A stretch of 64,000 nt of DNA from Candidatus Hydrothermarchaeum profundi (GCA_002011125.2 MTMF02000009.1:776989-840988); one strand, 5' to 3'; shown: positions 27,642 to 38,366, numbered from the stretch's first letter. Notes: generated by a model not told the origin, from the sequence alone. Numbers and translations are program-made.

Positions 27642-29030
27642 ATGTTACTAAAATTTGTGAATAGAGGGGAAGAATTGACATTTCTAGAAGAAAAATGGAA
27701 GGAGAAAAAACCTCAGCTTGTGGTGATATATGGCAGGCGTAGGATTGGAAAGACAGAGCTAGTGAAACAGTTCATTAAAGAGAAACCTTCCTTCTATTTT
27801 CTTGCCAAAAAACAGAAGCTGGAGCTTGAGGTTGAGAGGCTTGCAAAGAGATTTTCAATGAAGTTTAACACCTATGTTGAAGCTGAAGATTTCGAAGAAC
27901 TCTTCGAAAGAATCTCCGGATTCTTCGGCGAAAAAAGACATATAATAGTTATAGATGAGTTTTCCCACTGGATGGAAGAAGACAAAAGAATTCCATCAAC
28001 CTTTCAGCTAATTTGGGATGAGATCCTCAGTGAATCCAAGACTTTTTTAATTCTCTGTGGCTCCAGTGTGGGGATGATGGAATCCCTATTTTCCTATAAA
28101 AACCCTCTCTACGGTAGGCGTACTGGTCAATGGCAAATTGCTCCATTGAAGTTTTCAGATATAGGGGAGTTCCTTCCATCCTATTCTATAGAAGACCTCG
28201 TTAAGGTTTATGCATGCGTAGGGGGGGTCCCTCAGTACTTAGCAGAATTCGCAGAGGAGAGGAGCTTTGAGGAAAACCTAATCAACACATTTTACAGGAA
28301 AGGAAGCATTCTTTATGAGGATGGCGAGTGGTTGCTCAGAGAGGAACTTAGGCAACCTACAGTTTACCTTAACATCTTAACTGCTATTGCTGAGGGCTCA
28401 ACGAGGCTTTCTGAAATAGCTGGGAAAAGCAGGGTGGATATAACGAATATTCCCAAATATCTCAAAGTTCTTTTGACGTTGGGTCTAATTAAAAGGGAAT
28501 TTCCCGTCGGCAAGGTAGAAAGAAAGTCTAGGGATTTTGTCTATAAAGTGAAGGATCTCTACTATAATTTCTGGCTGAGATTCGTTTATCCTTATAAAGA
28601 CGATATTGAGATAGGGAATTTTAAGTTCGAACTCTGCCGTAAGCCCTTTGAAAAGTATCTCGGCGCAGTGTTTGAAGATATAGCTAGGGAGTTGCTAAGT
28701 AGAGTTTTCCCTCTTTACAGTATTGGAAGCTGGTGGCATCGAGGCGAAGAGATAGATCTAGTGGCTCTAAATGAAAGAAAAAAAGAGATAGCCTTTTTCG
28801 AAGTAAAATGGAGCTGTCTTGAGATGGGGGAGGCGAGGAGAATTGTAGAGGACCTTCACAGAAAAGCCGGGCTTATGAAATGGTACAATAGAGAGAGAAG
28901 GGAGAAATACGGGATAATAGCCAGAGAGATAAAAAACAAAAAGAATCTATGGGAGGAGGGAATCTTGGCTTATGACCTTACCGACATCAAAGTACTATTA
29001 AGGACAGCAGGCAGACCTCAAAAACGATAA
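27642..29030 (+). CDS. Archaeal ATPase with wHTH and C-terminal DUF234/PD-(D/E)xK nuclease
   Basis: FVNRGEEL, YGRRRIGKT, IDEF, PLYGRRT and EIDLVA...EVKW motifs. Confidence 0.92.
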   Translation: MLLKFVNRGEELTFLEEKWKEKKPQLVVIYGRRRIGKTELVKQFIKEKPSFYFLAKKQKLELEVERLAKRFSMKFNTYVEAEDFEELFERISGFFGEKRHIIVIDEFSHWMEEDKRIPSTFQLIWDEILSESKTFLILCGSSVGMMESLFSYKNPLYGRRTGQWQIAPLKFSDIGEFLPSYSIEDLVKVYACVGGVPQYLAEFAEERSFEENLINTFYRKGSILYEDGEWLLREELRQPTVYLNILTAIAEGSTRLSEIAGKSRVDITNIPKYLKVLLTLGLIKREFPVGKVERKSRDFVYKVKDLYYNFWLRFVYPYKDDIEIGNFKFELCRKPFEKYLGAVFEDIARELLSRVFPLYSIGSWWHRGEEIDLVALNERKKEIAFFEVKWSCLEMGEARRIVEDLHRKAGLMKWYNRERREKYGIIAREIKNKKNLWEEGILAYDLTDIKVLLRTAGRPQKR

Positions 29031-29210
29031 GCATAATCACCACCATTTGACGCTTTCCTTGAATTTTGTTGGCTTCTCTTTCTCTCCTAGTTTTCTAAAT
29101 ATGTATAGGTGTTCATGGGCTATTAGCAGAAAGTCGTACTTGCGTCCCCTCCATTTTTCTCTAGTAACCGAAAAGTTTAGATCGCATAGAAGAACTGAGT
29201 TAATAAATAC

Positions 29211-29980
29211 ATGGACTTAAAATTAAGACCAGAAATAGCAGCTAACTACAAAAGTTTATCTCAGAAAGCAAGAGTAATGACTGAGACATGGGCTACTGAA
29301 AATATGTACTGCCCCTCTTGTCCGTCAGATAACTTAGACCTGTGCCAACTAGAAAAAAGGTCATCGATTTTACTTGCCCTGATTGTGGGGAAAAATATCA
29401 GCTAAAAAGTCAAAGCTATCCCTTTGGGTCTAGTGTAGCGAATTCTGCATACGAATCTAAGATTAAATCCATATATGAGAGAAGAAATCCGAATTACCTT
29501 TTTCTTCACTATAACCCCAGGGTATACAGAGTCCAAAATCTTTTCTTGGTGCCTAAGCATTTCATCACCCCTCTATAATCAAAAAGCGAAAACCACTTAG
29601 AGAAGGCGCTAGGAGAAGCGGCTGGGTTGGTTCAAACATTCTCTTGCGAAATTTACCGAAGGATGCATATATCTTTATTGTGGAAGATGGATATGAGACT
29701 CCTAAATCTAAGGTAAGAAGAGAATGGAGCCGATTTTTGTTTCTACGTGAGCAAACGATCTACTCCAGTGGATGGTTATCTGACGTACTTGCATGTGTTA
29801 GAGACTTGGAGCGGGAGGAATTCAGTCTCGCTGATGTGTATACATTTGAAAAGCGGTTATCAGACCTCTATCCTAGAAATAAACATATCTGCGCAAAGAT
29901 TCGTCAGCAGTTGCAGGTTTTGCGAGATCATGGTGTTATTGAGTTTTTAGGAAGAGGTAAATACCGTATAAAAAGCTTTA
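29211..29980 (+). pseudogene. DpnI-like (Dam-replacing family) methyl-directed restriction endonuclease, two frameshifts
   Basis: YKS.SQKARV.TE.W...YCP.C, DF.C..C...YQLKS, RKPL...ARR.GW.G and AKIRQQLQ.LRD motifs split across three frames. Confidence 0.88.
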
Positions 29981-29995
29981 ACTCTCGCTTCTGCA

Positions 29996-30223
29996 TTAGG
30001 GATCATCTAGAATATTCTTTAAATCCTCAAGGTCCCCATAAGCTAGATGGAGATATTTGTCATTCTTTGTTAATGTCAAAGTCTCTTCGCCCTGAATGTA
30101 GTAGGGCTCGAAATAAACCTCCCAGCCCAGAGACATCAAAGAAATAATAGCCTCTTTTAATTTCTTTTCCCACTTAGCGTTAAACTCTTTTTCAGGATCG
30201 AAATTTAATTCTCTTCTTGTCAT
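29996..30223 (-). CDS. Hypothetical protein
   Basis: 75-aa ORF with ordinary composition; no motif recognised. Confidence 0.45.
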   Translation of the reverse strand: MTRRELNFDPEKEFNAKWEKKLKEAIISLMSLGWEVYFEPYYIQGEETLTLTKNDKYLHLAYGDLEDLKNILDDP

Positions 30224-30529
30224 AAGATTCTTCTCTTTTGAAATGAAACAGATTTATTAAGCACGGATACATGTGAGAGATAAATCTGATATTCTGGTAG
30301 GTCAATGGTAGCAGCTTTAAATGTACCTCTTTGGTATAGCCCTAACATTATAACTGTTTCTCTACTATTTTTCTTCATCTACTGATGGGATCAAAAAAAG
30401 GAGTATTTATAGATTCTGATCTAAATTACTGGAAAATAGAAATAAAGGAATTTATTTCATCTTTTAGGATATACATCTACCTTTGGAACCGGAAGCATAA
30501 AAAGTCTTTCTAGCTTATCATAGAGTGGG

Positions 30530-31031
30530 CTACCTTGGAATGTATCTAGGATATAGAACTTGGTTGAGAAGCCCGACTAGAATAGCCCCGACTTCTCTAT
30601 CTCGTAGTAGAGTTCTAGTTCTTTTATCGCCTTGTTTATCTTCTTTTTCTCCGGTCTTTAGGGCGTATTTCACAAGTTCTTTAAGTTCTTTTTTGGCTTC
30701 CCCTACCTTCTTGGCTAGGCTCTTGTTTTTTGTTCTCATCTTTTCTTGAGACTATGTCGGAGATCTGTGACTCTATCCCTTTTCTCTTCTTTTTCTTGGC
30801 TCTTTTCAGTCTCTCCCGGGGTATAAGCCCTCTGTCAGCCTTACGGTGGCATGTTGGGCAGAGAACGATGAGGTTATGCGGCCTGTCGCTTCCCCCATAT
30901 TTAACCGGGTAGATAGGAGGGATATCAAGTACTTCAGGGTCATATCTCCCGTCGCATATCTGGCACTTAAACTCTACCTTTAACTTAAGATTCCTTTTTT
31001 GCGCCTCAGTTAGACCTAGGTTTCCCCCCAT
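30530..31031 (-). pseudogene. Degenerate HNH endonuclease, frameshifted
   Basis: CQIC...GG....NLIVLCPTCH; the HHI position reads PPI; continues in a second frame. Confidence 0.7.
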
Positions 31032-31319
31032 CTCTCCACTTCTTTCTCGTTCACGAGATATTAAAAATTCTTCTAATCACGAATTGTATAAACTTTTATT
31101 ATTTTATTATCCGAACTATGTAATGTCATAGTCTCTATATAAAGCTCCTTATGTACGAGCACATTTGAGGAGTGTTAGGTTGGTGATTTTTCTCCATTTC
31201 GCTTATTTAATGGACAGCAATGTTAACATATATTGCAGAGGACAGCAAAGTAAATACTTCCGTATACTTTTAAAAATAAGTGTATATTTAAGGAATGGCT
31301 CCTATACTGTTAAAATAGA

Positions 31320-32435
31320 GTGGGAATGTCCTCTATTAAATCTACTGTTTGGAAACTCGATCCGCACACTAAGGCTAAACATGAAATCCTAGAATACTAT
31401 CTGAAGCAGTGGTTCCCTATTTTAACAAAGTGGTCCGGCAGAGTAGTTTACCTTGACGGGTTTGCAGGTCCAGGAATTTACAGTAACGGCGAAGAGGGAT
31501 CTCCGATTATCGCTCTTAGGACAGCCGTTAACCATGTGCTCCGTGATAGATTTAAAGAGATAGTCTTCTGGTTCATAGAGAAAGACAAAGCCCGTGCTAA
31601 AAAGCTAAAAGAGGTCTTGAAAGACCGATTCCCAGATTTGCCAAGTAATATGGTATATGAGGTTGAAGGTGGAGAGTTTGCTCCTTCCCTTGAAAAAACA
31701 CTAGACAAGCTGGAAGGCGAGGGGACTAGGCTTGCTCCAACGTTTGCATTCCTCGATCCTTTCGGTTTTTCTGGATTGCCTATGGAACTTATCTCTCGGA
31801 TGATGAAAAACCCGAAATGTGAAGTCATGATAACTTTCATGACGGACTTTATAAACAGATTTAATGATGAAGAAAGGGAAAGAGCTCTCAACGAGTTATA
31901 TGGAACAGACAAATGGCAAAAAATAAGAGATATAAGGGACAGTGATGAGAGAACTAGATTTCTCATAGATTTATATCAAGAACAATTGATGGAACTTGGG
32001 GGAGCCAACTATGTAAGAAGTTTTGAAATGATAAGTAAGTTTAACAAGCCATTATATCACTTGGTCTATGGTACCCAGCACTGGAAAGGTTTGAAAGCTA
32101 TAAAAGAAGCGATGTACCGGGTTGATAAAACTGGCAATTACAGATTTTCAGACAGGACTACTCCTTCTCAAACTACAATGCTGGACTATGGTGTTGAAGC
32201 AGTATGGGTCGCTAAAGCTGCAGAACTAATTTTTAAGGCATATAGGAGAGCCCCTAGTCCGATCCCCGTTACTATCATTGAAAAATTTGTCATCACTAGA
32301 ACCCCATATGTTTTTAGAAAATCTATTCTAAGACATCTTGAAGAAAAAGAGAAGATAGTGGATGTAAAAATACCGAAGAGGAAAAGAAGAACGGGATATT
32401 TTCCAGACGACGCTGTAGTAACCTTCGGTGAATGA
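31320..32435 (+). CDS. Three-Cys-motif partner protein TcmP (SAM-methyltransferase-like plus wHTH)
   Basis: HTKAKHEILEYYL..W, YLDGFAGPG, GSP, FAFLDPFG and YHLVYGTQH..G...IK.AM motifs. Confidence 0.88.
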   Translation: MGMSSIKSTVWKLDPHTKAKHEILEYYLKQWFPILTKWSGRVVYLDGFAGPGIYSNGEEGSPIIALRTAVNHVLRDRFKEIVFWFIEKDKARAKKLKEVLKDRFPDLPSNMVYEVEGGEFAPSLEKTLDKLEGEGTRLAPTFAFLDPFGFSGLPMELISRMMKNPKCEVMITFMTDFINRFNDEERERALNELYGTDKWQKIRDIRDSDERTRFLIDLYQEQLMELGGANYVRSFEMISKFNKPLYHLVYGTQHWKGLKAIKEAMYRVDKTGNYRFSDRTTPSQTTMLDYGVEAVWVAKAAELIFKAYRRAPSPIPVTIIEKFVITRTPYVFRKSILRHLEEKEKIVDVKIPKRKRRTGYFPDDAVVTFGE

Positions 32436-32440
32436 GGTTA

Positions 32441-33412
32441 TCAGAGCACGCAGTTACACTTTGGATTCTTATAATCGGTTCCCAGTGCTCGATGCATTTC
32501 TATGGTTTCCTTGCAGATCCCTACTTCTGAATAACTGTAGTGATTTCTCAAGTAGCAGATCAAGGTAGAATATAATTTAAACCTATTTGGGAAGTCTATT
32601 TTTTTACCCCAGCCGGAGGACTCGGTCATATAGGGCACCCAAGACTTGTCTTTGCAGTTATTTATCGTCGTGACAAGTCCTCTTAGCGATCCGAGGGTTA
32701 TCCTCTCAGGTCTGAAGTTCGAGAAAATCATGTCGATTAAATTCTTATAGTGGACATCCCAATTCTTAATGGGAACGATTGGATCGATTCTTACCCTGAC
32801 GGTATAGCCTGCATCATAGCATTTTTTGGCAGCACTGATCCGATGTTCTACTCTAGGAGCTCTTTTTTCCCATCTTTGGGCCACGGGCAAGGCATTAAGT
32901 GTCCAGCTTAAAATCACTTGCCGTGGCATCCTCAACTCCAAGAGATTTTTAACGTTGCAGCCCTTCGTCAAAAAAAGGATCTTATGCTTATTCTGAGAAT
33001 TGAACAGGGGGATTATGAACCTGCTAAACGAATGCCCATTGCCCTCGTATAACAATGAGTCGGCAAGCTCGCCGCTGTTAAGCAACTCAGGTGGTGAACC
33101 ATTATTTAAGAACGCCTCGGTATGCCTCCTGATCACGTCGAAGTCTTTAATATTAGGCTTCCCATTCTTCCACTCGGGATGGAACCTGTAAGTACCCTGA
33201 AGATAACACCAAGCACAGTCATAAAAACACCCATTCGCCCACTTAAATTCGAGGAAATGTGGGCAAACAATGTCTCTAGGATTTTTAGGTGGGCCTGTTT
33301 TTTCAAATCTCTTTATTATGGATCCGTCACCAACCTGTTGGACTAACAGCTTTCTAGAACCATCTAAAGCCTCATATTCTTTCTTTTTAATTCTAATCTC
33401 TCTTACCCCCAT
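32441..33412 (-). CDS. Radical SAM protein, spore-photoproduct-lyase-like
   Basis: GCFYDCAWCYLQ, SGELADSL, LTK, RIDPIVP and ITLGSLR motifs. Confidence 0.85.
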   Translation of the reverse strand: MGVREIRIKKKEYEALDGSRKLLVQQVGDGSIIKRFEKTGPPKNPRDIVCPHFLEFKWANGCFYDCAWCYLQGTYRFHPEWKNGKPNIKDFDVIRRHTEAFLNNGSPPELLNSGELADSLLYEGNGHSFSRFIIPLFNSQNKHKILFLTKGCNVKNLLELRMPRQVILSWTLNALPVAQRWEKRAPRVEHRISAAKKCYDAGYTVRVRIDPIVPIKNWDVHYKNLIDMIFSNFRPERITLGSLRGLVTTINNCKDKSWVPYMTESSGWGKKIDFPNRFKLYSTLICYLRNHYSYSEVGICKETIEMHRALGTDYKNPKCNCVL

Positions 33413-33515
33413 ATTGTTCCCTACCGTAAAAATATTTTGCCTAGAATATATATCTTACCAGTGCGCAGGAAAAGTAGGATAGTGAGATGCACCGGCGTGT
33501 CCTTTCCAGTACTTT

Positions 33516-33980
33516 TTATCTCCATGAAGATGGGTCGAACTCCGATATTGGTATAAACCTCTCGTCTATCTCGGCTAGCCCGTTCTTCAAAAGCTCGGCG
33601 TTAAGGTTCTTACCCTTGCAGTAGACGACGGCTACAACCCGGCCGTATTTATCTCTCGGCTGGCCGTCATCAACATCGATATACGCCGTTGAGCCAACAG
33701 AACATAGGGACGCTGTAAACTGAGCTGCCTCAAAGAAGCCTGACATACCTCTCTCCGGCGTATCCACCAACGCCAGCCTTACTCTTTCTCCATCAACCTC
33801 CAGAGTGTCTCCGTCTATAACCCTAGTGACCGTGCCAGAGTACTCGTAGGTAAAACCCTTCCCTACAATATGTCCCGTGACTCCTGTTTGTACAAAATAC
33901 TCATAGGTAAAGTAGATTCCGGAGATTCCTCCTAGAGCGAAGAAAGTCCCACATAGGAAAAGAGCATGCTTCAATCTCAT
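33516..33980 (-). CDS. Thermonuclease (SNase) with N-terminal membrane anchor
   Basis: RVIDGDT, VRLALVDTPE, DKYGRVVA and NAELLKNGLA motifs. Confidence 0.92.
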   Translation of the reverse strand: MRLKHALFLCGTFFALGGISGIYFTYEYFVQTGVTGHIVGKGFTYEYSGTVTRVIDGDTLEVDGERVRLALVDTPERGMSGFFEAAQFTASLCSVGSTAYIDVDDGQPRDKYGRVVAVVYCKGKNLNAELLKNGLAEIDERFIPISEFDPSSWR

Positions 33981-34587
33981 ATAAAACTCCCTTTCTCCAA
34001 GAGAACTTTATATACGCAGAGGCAAGCGGGTTTTTCACTACTCTATATTGAATCCGAATAGCAGCTCTGAAGTCAATCTGGCATATAGCTCTGTAGCTGC
34101 AGCCATGCTAGGAGCAGAGTGTACTTGAGGTAGTTCCACATCCCGTGGAGGTAGTATCCTGAAAAGAACTCGCTTGTCCCTTCAAGACTCCTCAAATACC
34201 TGTATATTTCCTTCCTTTCTACATGGCTAGAAGCCATATCTCCCTAGGACCCTCCATGCTATTTTTTCCTAAATATGTTCGAAAATCTTTTCTTTAGCTA
34301 AATAAGTCATAATTTCTACATATTTAAATTTTTCTTATCGCACTACTACTTTCTTAATTTTATTTAGGCTTGTTTAGAGAGAAAAAATCCGGAAAGAAAA
34401 CATTATCACCGTAGTCCGACATTTATTATAAAACAAAAGGTGTTTTGAGAGAAATTCCTAGATTTTATTTTCTCTATGATATAAATTACATTAATGTATG
34501 CAAATTTTCATTGAAGAGCTTTATCTATCCTTATCTCAAACTCGGCTGTGGCTGTGATAAAGATTATAGTGAAACAGCTTGGCTCTT

Positions 34588-34917
34588 TTATCTGGGTTTT
34601 CGTATTTCTTTCCCTGTGATTTCTTCTTGGGCTATTTTTTCAGCCATGTAGTCCGCTGCTTCTAAGTCGAATTTAAGCAGCTTCTGAACTATTGGATTGT
34701 CGATGTTTAGGGTATATAGCGTCGCCCTTCCTATAGTTCGTGTCGCCTTAACGAGATTCCAACGCTCTAACTTTTCCCAATGCCTATTCAAAGTGCTCCA
34801 TCCTATACCGGCATGTTCTGCGATCTCTGTCTTCGTATAGTCAAATCCTTTATGATCTATAAGATGGTCTAGAATCTTTATTATAGGCGTCTCTCCAAAG
34901 ATGTCTTTTAATGCCAC
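34588..34917 (-). CDS. Winged-helix DNA-binding protein
   Basis: FGETPIIKILD, YTKTEIAE and TRTIGRATLY motifs. Confidence 0.75.
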   Translation of the reverse strand: MALKDIFGETPIIKILDHLIDHKGFDYTKTEIAEHAGIGWSTLNRHWEKLERWNLVKATRTIGRATLYTLNIDNPIVQKLLKFDLEAADYMAEKIAQEEITGKEIRKPR

Positions 34918-35021
34918 TACATTCCACCAGCTATTAATTTATATATTGGTATATTTAAATCTTATGAATAGAAACTTTTAAATGTCGTCTTATGATATAA
35001 TATAATTTCGCTAGTGATATA

Positions 35022-35267
35022 ATGTTATCTAAGATCGAAAAACATATTCTGTTCAAGCTTTACCGTAATTTTTATATCGGTAGAAGGCACACGTCTGTGG
35101 ATAACATTGTTAAAGGTCTACCTAAACATACGCGTGGTGAAGCAAAAAAGGCGGTTCGATCCCTCATTAAGAGGGGCTATATTCTTTCTAAGCCCACCTC
35201 TTATGGTGCTCAGGTATCTCTTAACCCTAGGATGATTGCAAAAATAAAACAGGCTTTAGAAGATTAA
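35022..35267 (+). CDS. Small basic conserved protein (wHTH-like, possible toxin)
   Basis: IGRRHT, KGLPKH and KPTSYG.QVSLNP motifs; divergent from the wHTH gene. Confidence 0.6.
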   Translation: MLSKIEKHILFKLYRNFYIGRRHTSVDNIVKGLPKHTRGEAKKAVRSLIKRGYILSKPTSYGAQVSLNPRMIAKIKQALED

Positions 35268-35399
35268 AGGCAACAAAAGGATGATAGGCCTAGGAAATAA
35301 ATCCGAAAGAGAGAATTAAGATAAAAACATCAAGAGTAACTTTTGGTTTCTTATTCGAAAATACTTATCTTGAGAAAAGACCTTAAATAAGGATTATCT

Positions 35400-37598
35400 A
35401 TGGAATTCGTTTCTCACCCTCTCATAAAAGAAGATACCTTGGAAGCAAGACTTTATCAGCAGGTTATAGTAGGCAGTGCGATCTCAGATAATACACTAGT
35501 CGTCGCTCCAACAGCATTGGGAAAGACTGTCATAGCTGTTTTGCTGGCCGCACACAGGCTAGAGAAATACCCCGATAGCATGGTACTGATGATTTCGTCC
35601 ACTAGGCCTCTCGTAAACCAGCATGCTGCCAGCTTCAAAAAATTCTTAAATATTAGCGAGGATGATATCAAGGTTTTCACAGGTCATACGCCACCAGAGG
35701 AAAGGAGAGAAATATGGAAAAGCGCAAAGGTGATCTGTGCTACGCCCCAGGTAATCAAGAATGACCTAATCTCGGGCAAGTATACCTTAGAGAATGTAAG
35801 CTTAATAATATTTGACGAAGCTCACAGAACAAGTGGCGATTACCCCTATGCCTTCATTGCAAAGCAGTATGTTAATACCTCTAAGAATCCTTTGATACTT
35901 GGGCTAACAGCATCCCCTGGGGCGGATGAGACTAGAATAAAGGAGGTCTGTGATAACTTATTCATTAAAAACATAGAAGTCAGGACCGAGTCAGATCCTG
36001 ATGTGAGACCCTATATCAAAGGGATGGATATAGAGTGGAGGATGCTTGACCTTCCAGAGGAGTTCTCAAGAATTAAAGAGGCGCTGGAGGAGGCTATGAA
36101 ACAGCGCTTAAAGAACCTGAAGGAAATAGGCCTTATTAGATCCACAGATGTCAGCATACCTAAAAAAGACCTGCTCGCTCTTAGGGGGAAGCTTCAAAAT
36201 GAACTTGCTAAGGGAGAAGCAGCTCCGGAGATATATATTGGAATCTCAAATGTCGCAGCATGTATAAATCTATCCCATGCCCTTGAGCTACTTGAAACCC
36301 AGGGACTAGAGACTCTTCAAAAATACTTTCATAGGCTTAGAAGCCAGTCAACTAAGGCAGCTAAAAATCTCATAAACGATGCGAAGGTAATGCGCGCCAT
36401 TAGGCTCACGGAAAACCTGTCATCGGAGTTACACCATCCTAAGCTCGACGCTCTGGTAGAGATTATAAAAAAGGAGAGGGGAAAGAGGATAATTGTTTTC
36501 ACTCAGTACCGGGACTCCGCTCAAAAGATAACAGAAAAGCTTGGAGAAATAAAGGGCATAAGGGCAGCTAGGTTCGTGGGTCAAGCCTCACGCTCTGAGG
36601 ATAAGGGCCTCACCCAAAAAGAACAGCTCGCCGTGCTAGAGAAATTCCGCTCAGGCGAGTACAATGTTCTTGTAAGTACCTCCGTTGGTGAAGAAGGCCT
36701 AGATATACCTAAAACCGATTTAGTTGTATTCTATGAGCCTATTCCAAGCGAGATCAGATCTATTCAAAGGAGAGGAAGAACAGGAAGGAGCAGAGCCGGA
36801 AAAGTAATCGTTCTTGTTACCAAGAATACCCGTGATGAGGGATTCTACTGGAGTAGCTTCCATAAGGAAAGGAAAATGAGAAAGGTATTAGACGGTCTAA
36901 AAGATAAATACTACAAGCCGAAGTTAGACGTTGCGCAGAAAGAGCTAAGGGATTTCTATGAAAGTTCTTTAGTTGTAGACTCAAGGGAGCTTTCTTCAAA
37001 TGTGCCGAAAGAGTTGCTCGAATTTGGGGTAATATCCAAGCCTAAGATGCTAGAAGTTGGGGACTATATTATAAGTGATAGAACCTGCGTAGAGAGAAAG
37101 ACCGCAGAGGACTTCCTAGGGAGTCTAGTAGATGGAAGGCTCATGCAGCAGATGAAAAGACTTAGAGAGGAATATTCAAGGCCGATTCTCATAATCGAGG
37201 GCGAGGGCATATACTCTAAGAGAGGAATACATCCTAACGCAGTTAGGGGGGCATTAGCAAGCATCGTTCTTGACTTTGGTATCCCTACTCTCTTCACAAG
37301 GGATGAAAAGGAGACAGCAGCCTTCCTAGCAGCCCTATTAAGGAGAGAGGAAAGAGAAAAAAGGGAAATACAGATCAGAGCAGATAAGAGGATATCCACC
37401 CTAAAAGAGCAGCAGGAGTCGGTGATAGCTGGACTTCCTAATATTAATATCATACTGGCAAGAAGGCTGCTTAAAGAGTTTGGATCTGTGTTAGGGGTAT
37501 TCACAGCAAGTGTAGAGGATTTAAAAAAAGTAAAAGGCATTGGAGACAAGACGGCTGAGGAGATACGGAGGGTTCTAACTCAGAGGTACGAGGAGTGA
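35400..37598 (+). CDS. hef: Hef helicase-nuclease (FANCM-like SF2 helicase, ERCC4 nuclease, HhH)
   Basis: PTALGKT, DEAH, TASPG, QRRGRTGR, VDSRE and ERK motifs. Confidence 0.95.
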   Translation: MEFVSHPLIKEDTLEARLYQQVIVGSAISDNTLVVAPTALGKTVIAVLLAAHRLEKYPDSMVLMISSTRPLVNQHAASFKKFLNISEDDIKVFTGHTPPEERREIWKSAKVICATPQVIKNDLISGKYTLENVSLIIFDEAHRTSGDYPYAFIAKQYVNTSKNPLILGLTASPGADETRIKEVCDNLFIKNIEVRTESDPDVRPYIKGMDIEWRMLDLPEEFSRIKEALEEAMKQRLKNLKEIGLIRSTDVSIPKKDLLALRGKLQNELAKGEAAPEIYIGISNVAACINLSHALELLETQGLETLQKYFHRLRSQSTKAAKNLINDAKVMRAIRLTENLSSELHHPKLDALVEIIKKERGKRIIVFTQYRDSAQKITEKLGEIKGIRAARFVGQASRSEDKGLTQKEQLAVLEKFRSGEYNVLVSTSVGEEGLDIPKTDLVVFYEPIPSEIRSIQRRGRTGRSRAGKVIVLVTKNTRDEGFYWSSFHKERKMRKVLDGLKDKYYKPKLDVAQKELRDFYESSLVVDSRELSSNVPKELLEFGVISKPKMLEVGDYIISDRTCVERKTAEDFLGSLVDGRLMQQMKRLREEYSRPILIIEGEGIYSKRGIHPNAVRGALASIVLDFGIPTLFTRDEKETAAFLAALLRREEREKREIQIRADKRISTLKEQQESVIAGLPNINIILARRLLKEFGSVLGVFTASVEDLKKVKGIGDKTAEEIRRVLTQRYEE

Positions 37599-37733
37599 TC
37601 ACTCCTTCAACATCTCTTTTAGACGTTTTTTTTCTAAATTTCGCGCTTTCTCCTCACCCTTCCTCTCCTTCTCCCTCTTGTTCGGTCTTCCCATACTTTA
37701 GTTTTATATCCTCTCCGATTGAAATAACTTTCC

Positions 37734-38216
37734 ATGCATTCAGTGAAAACCTTTGACAGGCCACTAGAGGATATTAAAGAAGCTGTTAAGGACATTTTTG
37801 AGATAATTGGGGACTGCACAATATCCGGTAATATAATCACATGCAAAGGGAAGAATAGGAAATATGTTGCTACATTAAGAGACTTGGGTGAGAGCACAGA
37901 CCTTCATCTCTCTCTAGAGGTAAGAAAAGGAATTTTTAGCATGTTTAGAAAAAAACAACCTTTTGAGGGAGCTGAAGAATTGGAAAGGATATGGAGATAT
38001 CTGGAGCTAAGACTTACAAGAGAAACTACTTCCCTCGACGGCTTTATTGATAAGTTGCTCTTCAGCAGGAGTTCCAAGGTACAAATACCCGGTGGGATAA
38101 AAGTGAACAGTGAGCCAGGCGGCATTATGAGGCTAAAGGGTAAGGACGGAGAAATAAGGGAGATATTACCTCCAAAGAAGTTCCGGGTAGAAAAAGGGTT
38201 TATAATCTTTGAATAA
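37734..38216 (+). CDS. Hypothetical protein
   Basis: 160-aa ORF with host-like codon usage. Confidence 0.6.
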   Translation: MHSVKTFDRPLEDIKEAVKDIFEIIGDCTISGNIITCKGKNRKYVATLRDLGESTDLHLSLEVRKGIFSMFRKKQPFEGAEELERIWRYLELRLTRETTSLDGFIDKLLFSRSSKVQIPGGIKVNSEPGGIMRLKGKDGEIREILPPKKFRVEKGFIIFE

Positions 38217-38366
38217 AAGATTACGTACCATTGAGCATCAAAAATAATCCTTCAAACACACCCTATCAAACTCATATCCGATATTTTTCCATTAATAGCG
38301 TAATATAAAGATTTAATCCGGTTTTTATATGTTTTTTCTTATTTAATGGGCTTTTCTTAGTCTGCG

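Noticed and set aside
34073-34237. 54-codon minus-strand ORF upstream of the thermonuclease
   Set aside because: No recognisable motif; it could be a gene fragment but cannot be supported
26720-35390. Integrated mobile element or provirus
   Set aside because: No integrase, transposase, tRNA or att-like direct repeats were found
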